From: the human T2T-CHM13v2.0 reference genome, Homo sapiens
Reading direction: 5' to 3'
Assembly (NCBI GenBank): GCA_009914755.4
Contig: CP068257.2
Span: forward strand, 39,296,001-39,360,000
Length of the DNA stretch: 64,000 nucleotides
Under the pieces are notes generated by a model. It worked only from the letters and a program-made list of their open reading frames with translations. It made no database searches and was not told the origin of the DNA. How positions within the stretch are numbered: the first letter of the stretch is position 1; the number at the start of each line of letters is the position of its first letter. This document shows positions 29,244 through 46,063 of this stretch, one piece after another. Both the position numbers and the translations under genes were made by a program.

Positions 29244-29957
29244 CTGTCCAGTGGCCTCCGCTCCTCCCCTGCCACCTGCTTCCATGAGCTCATAACATTC
29301 CAATGGCAAATCAGTGATTCCGGAAGAGGAAACCAAGCCTCAGTGCCTGGGAGGCGCCTTTGTCTATCCAGGAGTGGCTCAACTCAAATTCCTTAAGAAA
29401 TTGGGTGTCCATGGAGACTAGGTTAACTCCTAATTCCAGGTGGCAGTTTCTCAAGGAAGTTACTCAGCCTTTCTCATTTCGGGGAATTCACGTAACATGT
29501 TGTGTCTTTGGTTTTCCTTCTGATGCGTGCAGTTCTGAACAGTGCGTCCTTGAGGGAATTGTCATGCCTAGCTCAGACCCATTTTCACAGTTTTCTGCTA
29601 GCTCTGCTGAGTGACTCACGAACCTCCATGGCTCACCTGGGTCACCTCGGGCAACTGCTCCTCTGTCCAGCAGCACAGTTTTGCTGCCTCTAGGCTGATG
29701 GTCACTCTGAGGGAAATGGGGCAGGAAAGTACCTGAATTCAGAACCACAGGTGGTCCCCGGTGAACTTTCACCCTAGGAGAGTGTGACATTCAAAGTAGA
29801 ATATAAGCTCCATGACAGCCAAGTGCCTAGGACAGCCAGGTATACAGTAGAAACTTTAAAAATATATATATGTATACATGTCTAAATATATACATATTTT
29901 TATAATATATCAATATGTTTTTAAATATAATTATATATATAATTTTTGTAACTTTTC

Positions 29958-30335
29958 TTTTAATTTCAGGGGTACACATGCAGGTTTGTTACATAGGTAA
30001 ACTTGTCTCATTGGGGTTTGTTTTACAAATTACTTCATCACCCAGGTATTATTATCACCCAGCCTATTATTACCCATTAGTTATTTTTCCTGATTGTCTC
30101 CCTCTTCCCAACCTCCACCCTCTACCCTCCTCTGCCCCAGTGTGTGTTGTTCCCCTCTGTGTGTCCATGTGTTCTCATCATTTAGCTCCCACTTATAAGT
30201 GAGGACATCGTATTTGGTTTTCTGTTCCTGTATTAGTTTGCTAAGGATAATGGCCTCCAGCTCCATCCATCTCCCTGCAAAGGACATAATCTCATTATTT
30301 TTTATGGCTGCATGGTGCATATGTATATGGTATAC
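29958..30335 (-). mobile_element. Old L1 (L1PB/L1MA-like) 3'-end fragment in minus orientation.
   Basis: Contains 'ggggtacacatgcaggtttgttacataggtaaacttgtctcattggggtttgtt' (reverse complement of the L1 3'UTR). The minus-strand ORF 30081-30371 translates to the L1 ORF2 C-terminus (MELEAIILSKLIQEQKTKY...). Confidence 0.85.
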
Positions 30336-30490
30336 ACATAGACACATACACATATATACATATATACACATATATATTTATATGGCATACATATATACAT
30401 ATTTACACATATACATATGTGTATACATATACGTATGTGTAGATATGTATATGGTATACATATATGTGTAGATATGTATGTATATGGCTC
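30335..30490. repeat. Complex (TATACA/CATATG/TGTATA)n simple-repeat tract.
   Basis: Direct repeats such as 'atacacatatatacatatatacacatatatatttatatggcatacatatatacatatt' are visible. Confidence 0.8.
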
Positions 30491-30699
30491 ATGATAAATA
30501 TGTACCATATTTTCCTCACCCAGTCTGTCACTGAAAAAAAAAATGTATTTACTAAAGTTTCCTTTAAAGGTGAGCTCTCTCTTGCATCTCTTTGTTACTT
30601 CTTTCTCTCTTTCTCTCTCCTTCTCCCTCTACCCCCTGGCACCTAACCATCCCACTCTCCACCCTACACATGGTACATTCATTTCCTCAGGCTGTTTTA

Positions 30700-31130
30700 A
30701 CAGCTTATCATTACCTTGGTCTTACAACAAGAGCTATTTATTCCCTCACAGTTCTAGAGGCCAGAAGTCTGAAGTCAGGGGTTGGCAGGGCTGGTTCTTT
30801 CTGGAGTCACTGAGGGATGATCAATGCCCTCCTTTTCTCATACCTTCCAGTTGCTGCCGGAAGCCCTTGGTGTTCCTTGGTTGGAAGATGCTTCACTCTA
30901 ACCTCTGCCTCGGCCCTCACATATTCTTCTCCCCCATCTGTCTGTTTTCTCCCCTTCTCTTGTCTTTCATTTAAGGGCCCCCTTAAGCCAGGATGATCTC
31001 ATCTGGATATTCTTAATTACATCTGCAAAGACCCTTTTTCCAAATAAGGTCACATTTTCAGGTTCCATTACTATGATCTTTTGGGGGCCACAATTTAACC
31101 CACAATACTTGGTATCTATCATATATAAAG
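30700..31130 (+). repeat. Ancient LTR-like (MaLR/MLT-type) interspersed repeat.
   Basis: Contains 'cacagttctagaggccagaagtctgaagtcaggggttggcagggctggttc...cccttggtgttccttggttggaag...ataaggtcacattttcaggttc...gggggccacaatttaacccacaatac', which matches a common old-LTR consensus pattern. Confidence 0.4.
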
Positions 31131-31721
31131 CAGTACGATAGTTCTGATTTTTCTCTGCAAACTCCCCCAAATTCCTCCTAATACTGCTTGCACTATTTCC
31201 GTCTCTTCTTTTCCACTTCCCCAACTAATTCATTGTCCTGTCCCGTGTGAATTGATCCACAGTATCTGGGCTCTTGGCCATTGACTCTCTCTCAGCCAGC
31301 CAAAAGGAAGTTTCTTAACAGGCATAGGAAGGGAAAGGCTGCAAAAATAAAATTCTCTGTCAATGGTAATTTTTCCCACATAAACCAATAAGTAAGCAAT
31401 TCAGAACACCTTTTCGAATACTGATGACAATAAATGTCCGCACTCCAGCCTAATTGATGCGGTATTTTCCATGGTCATCTGTCGCAAAAGCTGGAACCTC
31501 TGCACACTTGAATGTCAGCATCTCAGGAATTAACACCTTTAGGATGACCTAAGGGCTCTAATTTGAAAGCCTTCTTAGATTATTGAAATGCAGTAATGAA
31601 TGTCCAACTTGCTATCATCTCTTGAGGAATAAATGATGGACTTTTATGTTGTTTTGTGGCCAAGTGCAAATTTCAGCACAATTGCACTAGAAAATAACAC
31701 AATCAAACCTTTGGAGGGTCT

Positions 31722-31765
31722 GTGTGTGTGTGTGTGTGCATGTGTGTGTGTACGTATGCGTGTAG
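31722..31765. repeat. (GT)n dinucleotide microsatellite with interruptions.
   Basis: A direct run of 'gtgtgtgtgtgtgtgtgcatgtgtgtgtgtacgtatgcgtgt' is visible. Confidence 0.85.
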
Positions 31766-32550
31766 ATATCTATTTAAATGTATACATGCATACATATGCA
31801 ATTTATTACTAGTTTGTTGAAATACCAAAATTTTTTCCCATATTTTTCCTTTATTTGGTTCATATTCTATTAATTAATCTTTCCATTATTTTCTTCTCCA
31901 ATGTTTTTCACTCTCAAAGAATTTCTGATTAAGGGTCAAAGTAAAAAATACAGGCTCCCTTTAAAATATTGCTTATAACAATGATATCTATCACTCAACT
32001 CCTATCAAGATAGGAGGCAAGATACTGGGGGGAAGTACCTTCTCTTTTGTAAATTTTTTTCTCATTGTCCTGTTAAATTTCTTGCTCCCTTAATTTCCCC
32101 ATTAAATTTTTATTGCTTTATTCTTTCTTATAGCAGTTTCCTCATATTAGGTGCCTCTCAATTTTTTTTGTCTATTATGACATGCTGTGTTTGAATGAAT
32201 GGCTCTATTGTGACTCATTTCAGATTTGAGCATATCTATTCAAGGGCCAACCATGAATAAATCTATTTCATGTCTATTTAATTTACATATGGGATATTTT
32301 ATCATTTCTTTGACAAATGGTTCTCAAAGTGGAATTGTGAGTGATATTTTGTAATGTTCTTTTCGATTATTTGAAATAATCCAGAGTTGTGGAAAACAAA
32401 TAGCAAATGTACTATAGGGGTTTATGGTTACAGTGGTGTCCAAATTCTGTAACCACAAGGGTAAAGAGAATCAAATGAATTCCTTCCCTATTATTTTCTT
32501 AAAATCAGATTCCTAGAGATCAAGTTCACTTATAACAAATGAACGTTGGT

Positions 32551-32890
32551 TGTTATTAGTTTGTCTGCACACTGCTATAAAGAACTACCTGAGACTGGGT
32601 AATTTATAAAGGAAAGAAGTTTAATTGACTCACAGTTCCGCATGGCTGGGGAAGCCTCAGGAAACTTACAATCATGGTGGAAGGTGAAGGGGAAGCAGAC
32701 ACCTTCTTCACAAGGCAGCAGGAAACAGAGGGAGCACAGGGGAAACTGTCACTTTTAAAACCATCAGATCTCATGAGAACTCCCTCACTGTCATGAGAAC
32801 AGCATGGGGGAGTCCGCCCCTGTGATCCAATCACCTCCCACCAGGCTTCCCCGTCGATGAGATTTGGTTGGGATCACAGAGGCAGACCAT
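32551..32890 (-). mobile_element. Solo MaLR LTR (THE1/MST-like) in minus orientation.
   Basis: Contains 'ctgctataaagaactacctgagactgggtaatttataaaggaaagaagtttaattgactcacagttccgcatggctggggaagcctcaggaaacttacaatcatgg...'. Confidence 0.6.
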
Positions 32891-33562
32891 TCCACCAGTG
32901 TTCTGGTTTTACTCATTGATATATGAATTAAAATGCTACAAAAGAAAAGGAAACATTCTAAATGAGAAACTCAAAAATCATAATTTTACAAGATAATAGC
33001 ACGTTAGGATGAGGGATCTGCGAAAGAACCCCTGTGGCAGTTCCAGAGGACTGTGAGGTTCTTTGGTGTTCCTTGGTTGGAAGGAGGCTTTTATTCTAAC
33101 ATAAGCACTTCCAGTGGGGACCAAAAGGAACAGAGTGAGGATGAAATAACAGGGGGCATTTTGGACTCCCCAAATTCTACTGGCAGGAAGCAGGTTGATA
33201 AAACTCTTCAACTGAAAAGGGGATGATGACTCAGGGCAAAACTGAGAGCCCAGAGGGCAGAGCTGAGAGCCTTGGGGGACCCATCCCAGGCCTTGGAGCC
33301 TAATACAGTTTGCCTGGATGGACTTCAAACTTGCTTTGGGCTGGTGACTTCTTTTTACTTTCCATTTTCTGCCACTTCCAGTGGAAATGTCTATAGCTGT
33401 TAAGCTATGCCTGTTCTTTCACTATATATTGGGGGCAGGTACCTTCTCTTTTTAGTGTCACGGATCCATGGAGGGGGAATAATTGTGCCCAAGACCTGGA
33501 CTTAATGGTTTACACATCTGTACCTGATTTAGATGACAGGATTTGGTGTGCTTAAAAAAACA

Positions 33563-33812
33563 TTTTTTTTGAGACAGGGTCTTACTGTGTTGCCCAGGCT
33601 GGAGTGTAGTGACATGGTCATGGCTCACTGCAGCATCAACCTGCTGAGCTCAAATAGTCCTCCCATCTCAGCCTCCCGAATAGCTAGGACTACACGTGTG
33701 TGCCACCATGTCTGGCTAATTTTTCTACTTTTGTTGACCTGTCTTCATGGGATTCTCCTGCCTTGGCCTCTCAAAGTTCTGGGATTACGTACATGAGCCA
33801 CCATACCTGGCC
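33563..33812 (-). mobile_element. Short or older Alu-family SINE (about 250 bp, possibly AluJ/FLAM-like with internal deletions) in minus orientation.
   Basis: Contains 'ttttttttgagacagggtcttactgtgttgcccaggctggagtgtagtg...cccgaatagctaggactacacgtgtgtgccaccatgtctggctaattttt...ctgggattacgtacatgagccaccatacctggcc'. Confidence 0.85.
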
Positions 33813-34319
33813 TCTGATTTGGTATACTTTTGAACTGATGAAATTTTGCACTCTGAGTTGATGCTGTAATGGGATGAGGTATGTTTTGAGGATGTTAGGA
33901 AGTATGAGAGATGGACCTGGATCACATAGACCTGAGGGAAGACTGTGGGAGACAGAATATTGGCCCCAATCACTTAGACCACTGGTGTTATGCCCAGGAA
34001 TGTTACATTCCATGGCAAAGGAGACCTTTCAGATGTAATTAAGATTACTAATAAATGACCTTAAGATGGAAGGATTATACTGGATTATCCTGGTGGCCTC
34101 AATGTGTTCACCAGAGCCCTCAAAAGTAACAGAAGAGGAAAGCAAAAGAGAAAGTCAGATTTGAAGTGTGAGAAGTACCTGATGGCCATTGCTAACTTTG
34201 ACGGTGGGGAGGGCATGAGCCAAAGAATGTAGAGGCTTCCAGAGAGTGAGAGTGACCCTGGCCAATGGTCAGAAGGAAAACAGGGACTTCCATCCTATGG
34301 CCGCATGGAACTAAACTCT

Positions 34320-34560
34320 TCTAACACCTGAGTGAACCTGGAGGGAAATTCTTCCCTACAGCCTCCAAATAAGAGCCCAGGCTGGACAGTATCTTGATTT
34401 TGGCCTTGTGAGGCCCCGAGCAGAGAGTCCAGCCATGCCATGCTGGGCTTGGGAATCTACTGATATACAGAACCGGGAGATAATAAATTTATGCAGTAAG
34501 TGATTAAGTCGGTGGTAATTTGTTACAGCAGCAATAGAAAACTAAAATACCGTCTCAGCC
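34320..34560 (+). repeat. 3' portion of a MaLR-like LTR, from the same family as 26512-26935.
   Basis: Ends '...gagataataaatttatgcagtaagtgattaagtcggtggtaatttgttacagcagcaatagaaaactaaaatac'. Confidence 0.45.
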
Positions 34561-36829
34561 ATCGTGAAGGAAAAGGCCCTTCTCACTGGCCAAGACAATT
34601 CCATTGCTGACCCACCGAGAGCAGGAAGAGTAGCTTATAAAGACCCGTTTGCACAAGTTGTAACCCTTGTAATACAGTCATCATGCAGTGCAAAGTATCC
34701 CCACCTCCTTAGTTTAAAATATATGCACTCTCAATGACATTTGAGCTCATGCTCGACATTTCCCCTCTAGCATTCACTGTTGGGTAAAAAATTTCACTTG
34801 AAATAAGAATAAAGCTCTAGATTTTTATTCAAATTATTTTCCCAAGCAAACTATAAGCCTGGGGCTTTCTCCCAGCCTGGGGTCAACATGGCTCAGTGGA
34901 AATTGGGATGAGGGAAGAGGGAAATTGACATGGGGTAGGGCTTGGGAGACCTACGACCATGGTCAAACAGGATGGAACAGCTGGATTTAAGTTGACACTA
35001 AGAGGTAGAGCCAGAAGCCATTCCCTGGGGCAGTAATATGTGGCGGTACTGTTGTGCAATATTTATGATCATTACAACCTTGTTACCCGCCCTTGCTAGC
35101 CCCCACCCTTGCTCCATTTCACTTTATAGCACTTACTAATTTCTAATTCTCCAGAGTGTAAATGCCACAAAGACAGAGAGTTCTGTGTGTTTTATCCATT
35201 GCTGTTTATAACCAGCCTCTACAGTAGGATATACAGCCAGTCCTTCATAAAATATTCATTAAAAAGAAAAGATGAATGATCACATTTGAAGTTCAAAAAG
35301 ACTGGAGGGAGGAAGATAGATTTGAGGGGCTACTTAGGGGTCTGGCATTTGGTAGATGGTCATAATTAGACTGAGGTAGAGGAGATGGGTATGGTTGAGA
35401 GGTATGCAGGATTAACAGCAACAGGTCTTGGTAGTAAATGTGGTGGGCTGGTGAGCCATGGTGTCACGGTAAAATTTTAAAAACTATCAAAAACTGAAGG
35501 TATGTGTGTGACATCTGTCTCCATATATTATACATACAGTTTATTGTGAACTTTACTCTTATAAATGACTGCAGCACACAATTTTCAAATAATAATAACA
35601 AAAGTAGTATTCTTTATTATAAATTTCACATAGCAAATTGATTTTCACTACTCTAATGTTCTAATTCATGTTGGCAGAATTCATATCTATAGAGACCCGA
35701 TGTTACAACTAATGAAGTTTAGTTCTGACATGAATACTAGTTGATATTTTTGTTTGTATTAAGAAGGGAGGCAAAAGTGAAATCTGAAGACCCACGTCAG
35801 AACTTCACTTATTGGTCAATGACAGGATCTATTTTGCTGCTGAATGGGTTAATAATTTTTGAATTATAGAAGTCCATTTCCTCAACTTTTTGTGCTGTTC
35901 TCATCATAATGCCTAAAGACATGACACACTTACAAGTTTAATCTACATTTTTAACATTTTCTCCAATTTTTTCTTAAGTCGAGACAAGTAACAAAGCAAT
36001 AAATAAAGCTCTGGTTGGTAACATTTGCCAATTTTCATGGTGAATATACTTCCTCCATGGTAAATTTCAAACTATCGATGCAAGGTCACTGAGGGCAGAG
36101 AAGGGAAGAGATGCATAGCAGCACTGTTAGGATCTCTACATATGAACACCATAGATATGAATAATCTCAAATGCATAGATGATAGGAAAATGTAATAAAA
36201 TAATTAGGAAGTGATGTTTCTTCATATATATTATCTTTGCTTTAGTATAATTGACTTAATTGTAAGTTAATAACATTTAACTTTTAATAATTAAATTTGT
36301 ATAATTTGTTATTTAACAATAAGCCACAAAATTCCAGAAGGTGTAACAATCAGCTATCATGAGCCAATACTAGCCAGCTCCAGCTCATGACTATCACAGA
36401 AAGGGAGGTTCTAAGAAAGATGCCAGAAGCTTGGCTTGCATAACTGTAAAGAGGCTTCTACCATTTTGAAAGGTAACAGTGGAGAACCATATCAGCATGG
36501 GGTGGGGTGGGGGGCATTGGGATCATGGATTTAGGATCAGACATGTCAAGTCTGACATGTCAACAAAACTTCCAAGTGGAGAAGCCCAGTTCGCAATTGG
36601 ATATATGAGTCTGGAGCTCAGAGGAAAGACCATAGGTGGAGAAATAGAGTAATGAGTCATCAGTTTACATGTGGTAAATGAAGCTGTGGGCATGGGAGAC
36701 AGTTCCTAGGGAAAGAGAACACAGTAAAATAAGAAAAGCTTGGTCCAGGCCTTTAGAAACTACGGTTAATGGCCAGCTAAAGACAAGACTACAAATGAAG
36801 TAGAGGTCAGTCCACCCAAGGCATAAGAG

Positions 36830-39576
<2,747 letters not shown>

Positions 39577-39588
39577 ACAAAGCCCCAT

Positions 39589-39673
39589 GACACAACTTTA
39601 TGGGTATAACAAACCTGCATATTCTGCATGTGTACCCCTGAACTTAAAATGAAAGTTAACAACAACAAAAAAA
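39589..39673 (+). mobile_element. 3' terminal remainder and poly-A of the older L1, displaced by the nested insertion.
   Basis: This sequence continues the old-L1 3'-end consensus ('acacaactttatgggtataacaaacctgcat...cccctgaacttaaaatgaaagtt..aaaaaaa'). Confidence 0.8.
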
Positions 39674-40557
39674 GAGGAACCCTGAAATAATGTGGTGCTA
39701 CGGAGCCAAGAACAGACACTGCCACAAGAAGAAATCAACAGTATTGAACAATACCAAGAGGTTTAAGTAGGATGGAAACTTGAGGTTATCGATGACATTA
39801 ATAAGAACATTTCAGTGCAGTGTTGGGTTGAATTCAGATCACAGAGAACTGATGACTAAACAGAAAGTGAGACAATACAGACAGAAAATATGATTTTCTT
39901 TTCTTTCCCAGAGGTTAACTATAAAAGGGCGAAAGATATAGACTCAGGTGTGGAGTAATGTAGGGTTGAGGGAAGGCGTTTCTTTTATGGGAAATAAAAA
40001 TTCCATTCAAGTCCAAAAGCCAAGGGGTAGTGATAAAGGAGCTGAAAAGAAATTGTGTAGGCAGTTTAAGGGTAAATGAGGTCTCGGTGAAATTTCCTTT
40101 TAATAAAAAGCAGCCCCAAAATCATTTCTTTTCTAACAAGAAGCACCCTGAAAAATCAAGCTGCAAGCAAAGATAAGCAAGCTGGAGACTTGCATAGATG
40201 AATGTTGGCAGCTCTGCCAATATTAAAGGGATACCTGGAAGTCAGGTAGGTGTATTCAACATGGAGATTCCCTCTTGCCTTTTTCTTTGTCGCCAAGTGT
40301 GCAGGTAAAGTGGCACCAGCTAGGTAAAGACTCCTTTGCATAATAAAAGATTAGGGTGGGTTGGCCAGCCTCTTCCCAGGCTATGTAAATGGCACACCTG
40401 ATCCAACCACTCCTCTAGATCCTGTGTAAATGAGACACTGCTTCCCCAAGCTCATCTATAAAATCAACTGCATCTCGCCCCAAACCCAAAAACCTGCTCA
40501 GGCTCTCTTCCTCTGAAAAGGAAGCTCTCTCTTCTTTCTTTCGCCTATTAAACTTCT

Positions 40558-40877
<320 letters not shown>

Positions 40878-43837
40878 TAAACTTCTACTCTTAAATAAAC
40901 TCCTTGTGTGTCCACATCTTCAATTTCCTTAGCATGAGACAACGAACCTCAAGTATTTCTCTAGACAAACAACACCACTTCAGTAGGACCAGTTGCAAGA
41001 CGCAAGATCCATTGGAGAATGAAAATAAGTGACGGTATCATGAGAACCTGGGAGGAATTTGGGAGCCAAGGCACAGGGAAGCACTTGGCCTTAAATAAGA
41101 GGAAGGGACTCACTGTAACTCAGAAGCTGAGAAGAAGGGATGTAGATAGGTTTGTATGTGTAATTTCACAAATAAAATAGAATATCTATTTGATTATTTT
41201 TTTCCTATAAAATAGGAGCTAGATCATCTCCTGAGAGGGTACAGGGAGATTTTTGAGACACTTGAGGAGGGTGGGTATCACCTTAAATTATTTCAAGTTA
41301 TTAATTAGATTTGGCTACTTAGTAATAGAACCAATGTTTTCTTCCTTTGAAAATTGTGTTAACCAGCAACACATTTTAACCAAGAATAGTTTATTTAAGA
41401 AACGCAAAGTAGGTTTTCAAAATTAGAAAATCTGTAAATGTAATTCACAACATTAATTAATCAAAAAATTTAAAAAGAATGATTATCTTCACATATGCTG
41501 CAAAAACATTAATAACAATGAGAACAATCTCCAATAACACAGGATTAGGTAGCTACTTCCTTAACATGATAAAATGTATCCTTCTTAACCCATAAACCAA
41601 GCATTCTAATCAAAAGTCAAGAACAAAGTATCTACATTTTGAACTTACAGTTCCACTTCTGGGGATTTATCCTACAGCCTTGCATGACAATATGCTCTAT
41701 TTTATCAATCTTTAAGATGTGTTTTGGATATTGGGATGAGTAATGGATGTGACATGATTTAATTGGTGGCATTTTTTTTTTCCTTTTTAGTGACCCATAA
41801 AATAAAAGTGTATTATTAAGGCATCTTAGATTATATAAGATCAGTTTGTAGAAGATTTTTTATTATGGTAAATTTCTGATAAGACTGGAAGCAAAGAAGC
41901 AAAGCATGCATCAATGTGTATAGTTGTTATCATTCATGCAAAAAATAATCAATGTTAGTAGTCCATATTAGATACCTACATTATATCTATGTTAATGAAT
42001 GGATATATTATGTGTCTGTACTGATATGCACCCACACATATACCTATTTGCTAATATATGTGTATAATAGCTCTGCCAGGATTGTGGTAACTTTGGTTGC
42101 CTCTAAAGAAGGGAGGTGATGGCTGGAAGAGAGAACTGGAGGAAAATTTTACATTCCCTTTGTATTTGTATAAACACTGTGCCTTGTGAATATATCATCT
42201 AAAATAAAATACAATTGAAAACCAAAAAAAAGAGAAAAAATCAGCTGTAGACATTGTAAATCTCTGCTTTGTGTAGGCTTCACAATTATGCTTACCTTTT
42301 GATAGAATATATACAGATTTTAGCCCCTGGGCCTGGGGAATAAGAAGGAAGTTTCTTTATTCTGAGTCTAGATATGCCAGGAAATCTTCCACTTGATGAC
42401 TAAATGTTTTCTCCATACGCTCTGTGATATATTTAGTATCATGAAAACTCTTTAAAAGAATGATTTGGGGTGACTGGACTAACATGCCTTAGAAATGAAT
42501 GCCACTCTTCAAATTCTCAAAAAATCTTTATTTTCTGATTACAAAAGCAATTCTTTTTCAGGAAAAACAAAGAAACATTATAGAAGAAATTGCTATAATA
42601 AAAAAAAAATGGAAATACATTTTAGCCAAAGTGGGAGTTAGGGATGTATTCAGGTTCAGGTATGCCTCTTCCAAGGAGCTTTTGGCATTTTAAAGAACAG
42701 TGATGTTGATAAAGTCATCTTGACCCAGCTAATGTCAAATGGTGGCATCAAAATTTGTGTCAAAATGTCTCACAAATCAAAAACCTGCATTAAACTATCC
42801 TGCCTCCTATGCATATGGCGTGCCATGACTGGTTCCACACAAGAGGGCCAGGTCTCTGCAATTCCTTGAGGCCATCCCTATATCCTCATCACTGAGCTCA
42901 GTACCCGGCACAGGGAGGTGATCAGGAAGTGCTTATTGAATGTGTGAAGAGGTGGCATGGGGTGGTGGAAATCCTACCAGCCTAGTCATCAGGTACCCTT
43001 CAGTCCCAAAGCTCAAAGCCTGCAAGTTGTAGTCTTGAGTAAGTCACCGAATGCCTCTGAGCCTTGGTCTGTTATCCATAATGGGGGTATAATGACACTC
43101 TTCTCGTTGTAACAAAAAAAAATTTAATCTACTCAAAAGGGATAACACAGCTCTAGGCACACTGTGTGTTTGTAACGATGATGTGCCGAAAATTGGGCAC
43201 ACTGAGTGTTTGTAATGATGATGACTACTCTAGGGAAGGAATGTAGGCTGAAGGAGTAAAGTCATTGTGCGCAGTTACACTGGGGCTGGTAGGGGTGATG
43301 ATGGCTGTTTTATTAGGGAATGGGGGCCCTTGGGCAAGGCTCTATCCAGTCACCTCTGCAAATATGCTCAGTCCATTGCAAAGAGAGACACTGTTAAATA
43401 AAATAAAAATATGTATTCTTTGAGTATCTGTTTAAAACTAGGAGGACATTCATATACCTTGTCTGCCAAAGGCCACTGGAGAAACCATATCTGAAGGATT
43501 GGTATGACAACAAGCTCTCAGATGCCAGTTTCACCCAACCCTTCAACCTGCAGTCCTGTGATCCTCCTGCAGGATCCTGGTCAAAGGCCCTTCTCATCCC
43601 CACAACATCTTATCTCTCTTGCATCATCTTCCCCCAGGTTCTCAGGAAACAACCTCACCTTTTATTTCACAAAGAAATCAGAAATAGCCTTATGGAGATA
43701 AAATCCACATACCATATGATTCATCCATTGCAAGCATATAATTCAATAGTTTTAGATATTCACAGAATTGTGCAACTATCACTTCATTTTTAGAATATTT
43801 TCATCACCCTAAAAATGAACTCTTATAAACTAAGTAT

Positions 43838-44208
43838 TTGCAGCCCTCCAAAATTCATATGTTGAAGCCCTAAACTCCAATGAGATGGTATTAGGAGATA
43901 GGGCCTTTGGGGGGTAATTAGGGTTAATGAGATCAGGGAGTGGGGCCTTCATGATGGGATTAGTGCCCTTATAAGAAGAGACACCAGAGAGTTTGCTCTC
44001 CCTCGTTCTCTCTCTCTGCATGGGGGACACAGTAAGAAGGCAACCATCCGCAAGCCAGGAAAAGAGCCCTCACCAGGAACCAAACTGGCTAGAACTTTGG
44101 CCTGGGCATTGGACTTCCAATCCTCCAGAGCTGTGAGAAATAAATTTATGTTGTTTAAGCCACCCAGTCTATGGTATTTTATTATAGAAGCCCAAGCAAC
44201 TAAGACAG
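43838..44208 (+). mobile_element. Solo MaLR/MST-like LTR in plus orientation.
   Basis: Contains 'ccaaaattcatatgttgaagccctaaactccaatgagatggtattaggagatagggcctttgggg...ttataagaagagacaccagagag...ccaggaaccaaactggct...ctgtgagaaataaatttatgttgtttaagccacccagtctatggtattttattatagaagcccaagcaactaagacag'. Confidence 0.55.
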
Positions 44209-45720
44209 ACCCCATGAAAAACTTACTCCCCATTCACCCCTTAGCTTCCATTCCCAGCCCCAGGTAACCACTAATCTACTCTATGTCTCTATAGATTTTC
44301 CTATTCTGGACACTTCATATACATTAATTCAGACAATATGAAAACACTCTGCTGAGTAAAAGCAGACAGTTACAAAGGACTGACCACATATTGTCTGATT
44401 TCATATATGGATGTATGTTTTTATTTTTCTTGGGCATACATCTAGGAGTGGAATTGTTGTGTTATAACTGTATGTTTAGCCATATGCTAAATGTACCAGG
44501 CTAAATGCACCACTTTACATTCCCAACATCAGTGTATATGTGTTCCAATTTCTTCGCATCCCCACCAACACTTGTTACTGTCTGTATTTTGTGTTTTGCC
44601 ATGCTAGTTGGAGAGAGGTGTTAGGTTGTGGTTCTGTTCTACATGACTTGCCTTCTGGAACACACTTATCTCCTGATTTATAATTCTACTGTCTTACTGT
44701 CTACCAGGTCCTTCTGTTATCAAGCAAAGAGGATGCTTTGGTTAGAAACACTCTAGTCAGGTAAGAATGGCATGCAAAAAGCTGTACATATTTAATGTAT
44801 ACCATTTGGTGAGTCTGGAGATAAGTATGACCTGTAAACCATCACCACAATGTAAATGATAAACCTATACATCACCTCTAAAATTTTTCTTCTACTTGCT
44901 TTATTTATTATTATAAGCGTACCTTGTTTTATTGCACTTCACTTTACTGCACTTTTCAGATATTGAGTTTTTTACAAATTAAAGATTTTTGGCAAACTTG
45001 CACCCAGCAAGTCTATTGACATCATTTTCCCAACAGCATGCACTTACGTCAGGTCTCTGTGCCGTATTTTAGCAAGCCTCAAAATACTTCAAACTTTTTC
45101 ATTATTTTTATATCTGTTATGATGATCTGTGGTCAGTGATCTTTGATGTTACTCCTGTAATTGTTTTGGGGAGTCACAAACCACATCTATACAAAACACG
45201 GTGAACTTAAGCCATAAATGGGGTGTGCATTCTGACTGCTCCCCTGACTGGCTGCCTGTCTCTCTTCCTCTCCTCAGGCTTTCCTATCCCCTGAGACACA
45301 ACAATATTGAAATTAGGCAAATTAATAAACACTTGCATTGCCCATCTGTAAAAATAACTCCTCATCTGATAACTCAAGTGGTTTCTTGAGAAGGGAGCTA
45401 CTCCTGGTTAGACGCTGTGAACATTGTTGAAATAACAACAAAGGAGTATTATATAAACTTAGTTGATAGAGCTGTGGCAGGGTTTAAGAGAGCTGACTCC
45501 AAATTTGCAAGAAGTTCTACTGTGGGTCCAACGCTAGCAAACAGTATTGCGTGCTACAGAGAAATCTTTCATGAAAGGAAGAGTCCATTGATGTGGCAAA
45601 CTTCACTGTTGTCCTATTGCCATAACAACCCCAGCCTTCAACAATCATTACCCTAACTGGTCAGCAGCCATCAGCATCAAAGGAGGACATTCCACCAGAA
45701 AAAAAAAAAATATGACCTGC

Positions 45721-46063
45721 TGTATTAGTCCATTTTCACACTGCTATAAAAATACTTCCTGAGACTGGGTAATTTATAAATAAAAGAGGTTTAATTGACT
45801 CAGTTTCACATGGCTGGGAGGCCTCAGGAAACTTAAGAATTACGGTAGAAGGGGAAGAAGCCACCTTCTTCACAAGGTGGCAGGAGAGAGAAGTGCAGGG
45901 GAAACTGACACTTATAAAACCATCAGATCTCAAGAGAACTAACTCACTATTATGAGAACAGCATGGAGAAGAACCACCCCCATGATTCAATCACCTCCCT
46001 TGACATATGGGGATTACAATCCGAGATGAGATTTGGGTGGGGACACAGAAATAAACCATATCA
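45721..46063 (-). mobile_element. Solo MaLR LTR (THE1/MST-like) in minus orientation.
   Basis: Contains 'tgtattagtccattttcacactgctataaaaatacttcctgagactgggtaatttataaataaaagaggtttaattgactcag...gagatgagatttgggtggggacacagaaataaaccatatca'. Confidence 0.65.
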